From Eledone cirrhosa (lineage: Eukaryota): DNA of 64,000 nt. The translations under genes were made by a program, and so were the position numbers. A model generated the notes under the pieces. That model did no database searches. It was not told the origin of the DNA and saw nothing but the letters and a program-made list of their open reading frames with translations. Below, one piece after another: positions 60,658-64,000 of this stretch. The stretch is from positions 93,558,001 through 93,622,000 of the forward strand of contig OZ024741.1 in the NCBI GenBank assembly GCA_964016885.1, given 5' to 3'. Each line of letters begins with the position of its first letter. The first letter of the stretch is position 1.

Positions 60658-63600
60658 CTCTCTCCCTCTCTCTAGATCAACGAGCTCTCTCTCTCTCTCT
60701 CTCTATCTCCTCTCTCTCCCTCTGACCTTCCCCCCCACTCTTCCCGCTATCTCTCTCGCTCCCCTCTTCTGTCTCCCCCTTTTCTTTTCTGTTCTTCTGT
60801 TTCTCTTTCTTTTTCTCGCTGGAGTTATATCTCTATCTCCCTCCCTCCCTCTCTAACCTCTACCCTACACTTCCCACTGTCTCTCTTTCTCCCCTCCTCA
60901 GCGAAATGGACTGCATGCAGGAGAAAGGTGAAATCAGGAGTCAACGAAACTGGTCAAAGATGGAACTAGCGGTTTTGATCAAGGGGTGGACCATGGCTGA
61001 TGGGTCTCTACCAAGCAAAAAGATGGCGGAGACCCTGAAGAGCCATGGGTTTCTGAGGACCCTGGCACAGATAGAGAGAAAGAAAAAAGAAATTGAGAAG
61101 GCGTATGTCCTCATAGCGCCACATATGGCGATGCTAAGCCGTGTCCTCAGGGAGGAGAAAACCGAAGGGAGGGATGAGGAGAGGGAGAGGGAGGAGGGGA
61201 GAAAAGGAGGAGAGCACAAGCATGGACCTGAAAGAAAATGATATACCCTCCGCCACAGGCAGGGAGGGCAGGCCGGGCAACCAACAAGCTAAGGGCAAAG
61301 GTGAAAAGCGAAATCACCTTCCGAAGGAGAACCAAGCGCAGAGGGACCAGTGGACAACTGTTCAAAGAAAGAACAGAAAGCACCGAGACACTGGGAGCAA
61401 AAAACCCCAAGTAATGTGCAAGTTTTTCAAGAACGGGACATGCTGGCATGGAGAGACAGGGATGGGATGCAGATTCGCCCACCCTAGGTCTCAAACGAAC
61501 TATGCCCATCATACTCGCGCAACATGCCCCAGCCAAAGCCGAAATAAGCCGCTCCAGAAGTATGCTGATGTCGTGCGTGCTGCACCAACAAGGAGAAGGC
61601 ACGCACATGCTGACGAGATACAGATGGCAGCAGCAGATCAGAAAAATTTTTTAGTGATGGCAGAGAAGATTGTGGGACAGCTGACCTGGCTGCATCGTCT
61701 CCAGAGCCAGGGTCATCCACACCAGCACTCGAGACCACTGCAGTTAAGGGACCCAGAGTGGTCGCCGCTGACACCAGACCAGGTGTCATACCGACAGCCA
61801 TTACTGGCACCCCAAAAGTCACACCAGTGCTGCTGCTGAATGTCAGGGGCCTGGTGAAACTCAGCAACATGAGTAAAATTTCCTACCTGGGAGACTTAGC
61901 CATAAGCAATCAAGCACTATGCATGGCACTAACCGAAACGCACCTGACAAGCAGTATAGCAGATGCAGAAATACATATACAGAAATATACTGTATTTCGT
62001 TCGGACAGGAAGGAGAGAACTCATGGTGGGGTTGCTCTGTATATCCGTGAAGATGTCACACCAATTGTACTGTTGACACATTCAAACTCAGTCTGTGACA
62101 CACTGATAATACATATGAAGCAACTACAGACGGTAATATGTGTCACATATCGGCCGCCCGATGCCCCCAGTCATGAGGGTAAATTTGAGGATAGCCTAAG
62201 TAGGATAGAAGGTCCTTGACAAACTGGACCAGGGTCTCAACATCCTACTGCTGGGAGACTTCAACCTACCAAAGGTCAAATGGCCTGAGGGCCACCTCCT
62301 CCCTGGAATGACGTCAATAGAACAGAGACAGACGGAATCCCTGCTGGCCCTCACACACAGGCTGTTCATGGAGCAAGCAATACTCCTCCCAACAAGAGGC
62401 GAAAATGTCCTGGACCTCTGTTTTACAAACAACGAAGTGCTCATCCACAATGTAAAGGTGACACCAACAATTCTCTCGGATCATAACTTAGTAGAGCTAA
62501 TGATATGTGGTCCAAGAGAACCAACAGAGACAAAACCACCAAGAAGCTCCGGGACGCTATCCAACCTTAACTTCTACAAGGCTAACTGGAAAAAGATTAA
62601 GAGTGAAATCCGGAAGCAAACATGGAGTGAAATCATCGCCACACAAGACACTAACACACAATTTCAACACTTCATGACAACGATACACACCATATGCAAA
62701 AAGTGTGTCCCGGAGAAAGAGGCAAACAGACACAAAAATCTTATTCCCAGAGATAGGAAAATCCTTATGAGACGTAGAACTAAACTCTCAAACCAGTTGA
62801 ATAGTCAACAAAACCAAAACAAGAAGGAATCCTATTTGAAACGTGCACTACTTGACACCGAGATTGCACTCAAACTTTCACATGAGAATGAGAGGGCAAA
62901 GAAAGAGAACAGGGCCATAGAAAACATTAAAACAAACCCTAAGGCCTTCTTTAAATTTGCAAAAGAAACTGCCTCAGTACACTGCAAGATTGGACCACTC
63001 TTCCACACGGACGGTTCATTAACCGAAAATCCCCAAGAGATATGTGAAATACTGAACGAACAGTACAAAAGTGTCTTCACATGTCCACTGAGGCACATGC
63101 AAATAACGAAGCCAGAGGAGTTCTTTGATGCCACAACACTACATCAAGAAATGGCAACCATCAACCACATAGACATAACGGAGGAGGATGTGGTGTACGC
63201 CATTGATGAAATTAGAACAGACTCGGCTGCTGGACCTGATGGATTCCCAGCAGTTCTCCTAAAAATATGTAAGCGGGCCTTAGCAACTCCACTGAAGATG
63301 CTCTTCAGAAGCTCCTTGGCTAGCGGTGTACTACCCAGGGAGCTGAAAGAAGGCACAATATGCCCTATCCATAAAGGAGGTAGTAGAGCGGAGGCCAAGA
63401 ACTATAGGCCAGTCTCCCTGACGTCGCATATCAGTAAGGTCATGGAGCGAGTCGTCAGAAAGAAACTAATCACTTTCCTCGAAGAAAATGACCGCCTGAC
63501 TAGCACGCAACATGGCTTCCGCCCAGGAAGAAGCTGCCTTACACAGCTGCTACATCACTACGACTGGGTACTGAGACAACTACTAGACAGCTCACATGTA

Positions 63601-64000
63601 GACGTGATATATCTTGACTTTGCGAAGGCCTTTGACAAGGTCGACCACGGAATGATATGTCACAAACTACACGGACTCGGCATAACTGGAAAAGTAGGTG
63701 AGTGGCTGCATGGCTTCCTAAGGGACAGAAGCCAGGCAGTCGCAGCAAATGGGGCCCTCTCGAGGGAAACACCGATAACAAGTGGGGTGCCCCAGGGGAC
63801 AGTCCTGGGACCACTACTGTTTTTGGTGGCTTTCTCAGACATGCCCTCTGTGGTGCATGCAACAACATCCCTCACTAGCTATGCTGATGACACTAAGGTA
63901 GCACAGGCAATCAAAAACCCGGCTGACGCTGCCCTCTTACAGCAGGATCTGGATGCCATATACAGATGGGCGGAAGAAAACAACATGCAGTTTAATGCTG
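60657..64000 (+). mobile_element. CR1-group LINE, 5' part: CT-rich 5' UTR, ORF1 region (Myb/SANT-like + CCCH finger), ORF2 APE + RT running off the window
   Basis: APE motifs LNVRGL, LTETHL, GGVALY, YRPP, GDFN, LDL, SDH with a frameshift near 62210. RT motifs QHGFRPGRSC, YLDFAKAFDKV, GVPQGTVLGP, YADD. Confidence 0.9.

Overview
AT-rich, repeat-dense animal DNA. The RTE LINE/tRNA-SINE families and the very large (TA)n/(TACA)n tracts suggest a coleoid cephalopod such as Octopus; this is an inference. One host gene is well supported: a six-exon, minus-strand GT10 fucosyltransferase (FUT10/FUT11-like, about 448 aa, 32322-42434). The rest is mostly retroelements, many inserted in TA-type microsatellites: RTE LINEs with a PHD-like finger, several Penelope-like elements (RT + GIY-YIG), R4/Dong-type and CRE-type REL elements, a CR1-group LINE with Myb/SANT-like and CCCH motifs, and SINEs. 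The main discovery is a non-coding 454/466-bp tandem array (53208-56217). Each unit carries a type I hammerhead ribozyme, with an octamer motif upstream, which is the layout of a retrozyme/circRNA-type element. A diverged dispersed copy (13437-14200) has a twin-priming-like inversion that breaks at the ribozyme and shares the array's 3' end. Seven further hammerhead motifs, some of them variant, lie in Penelope terminal repeats. All structures were read by eye; no folding or database searches were run.
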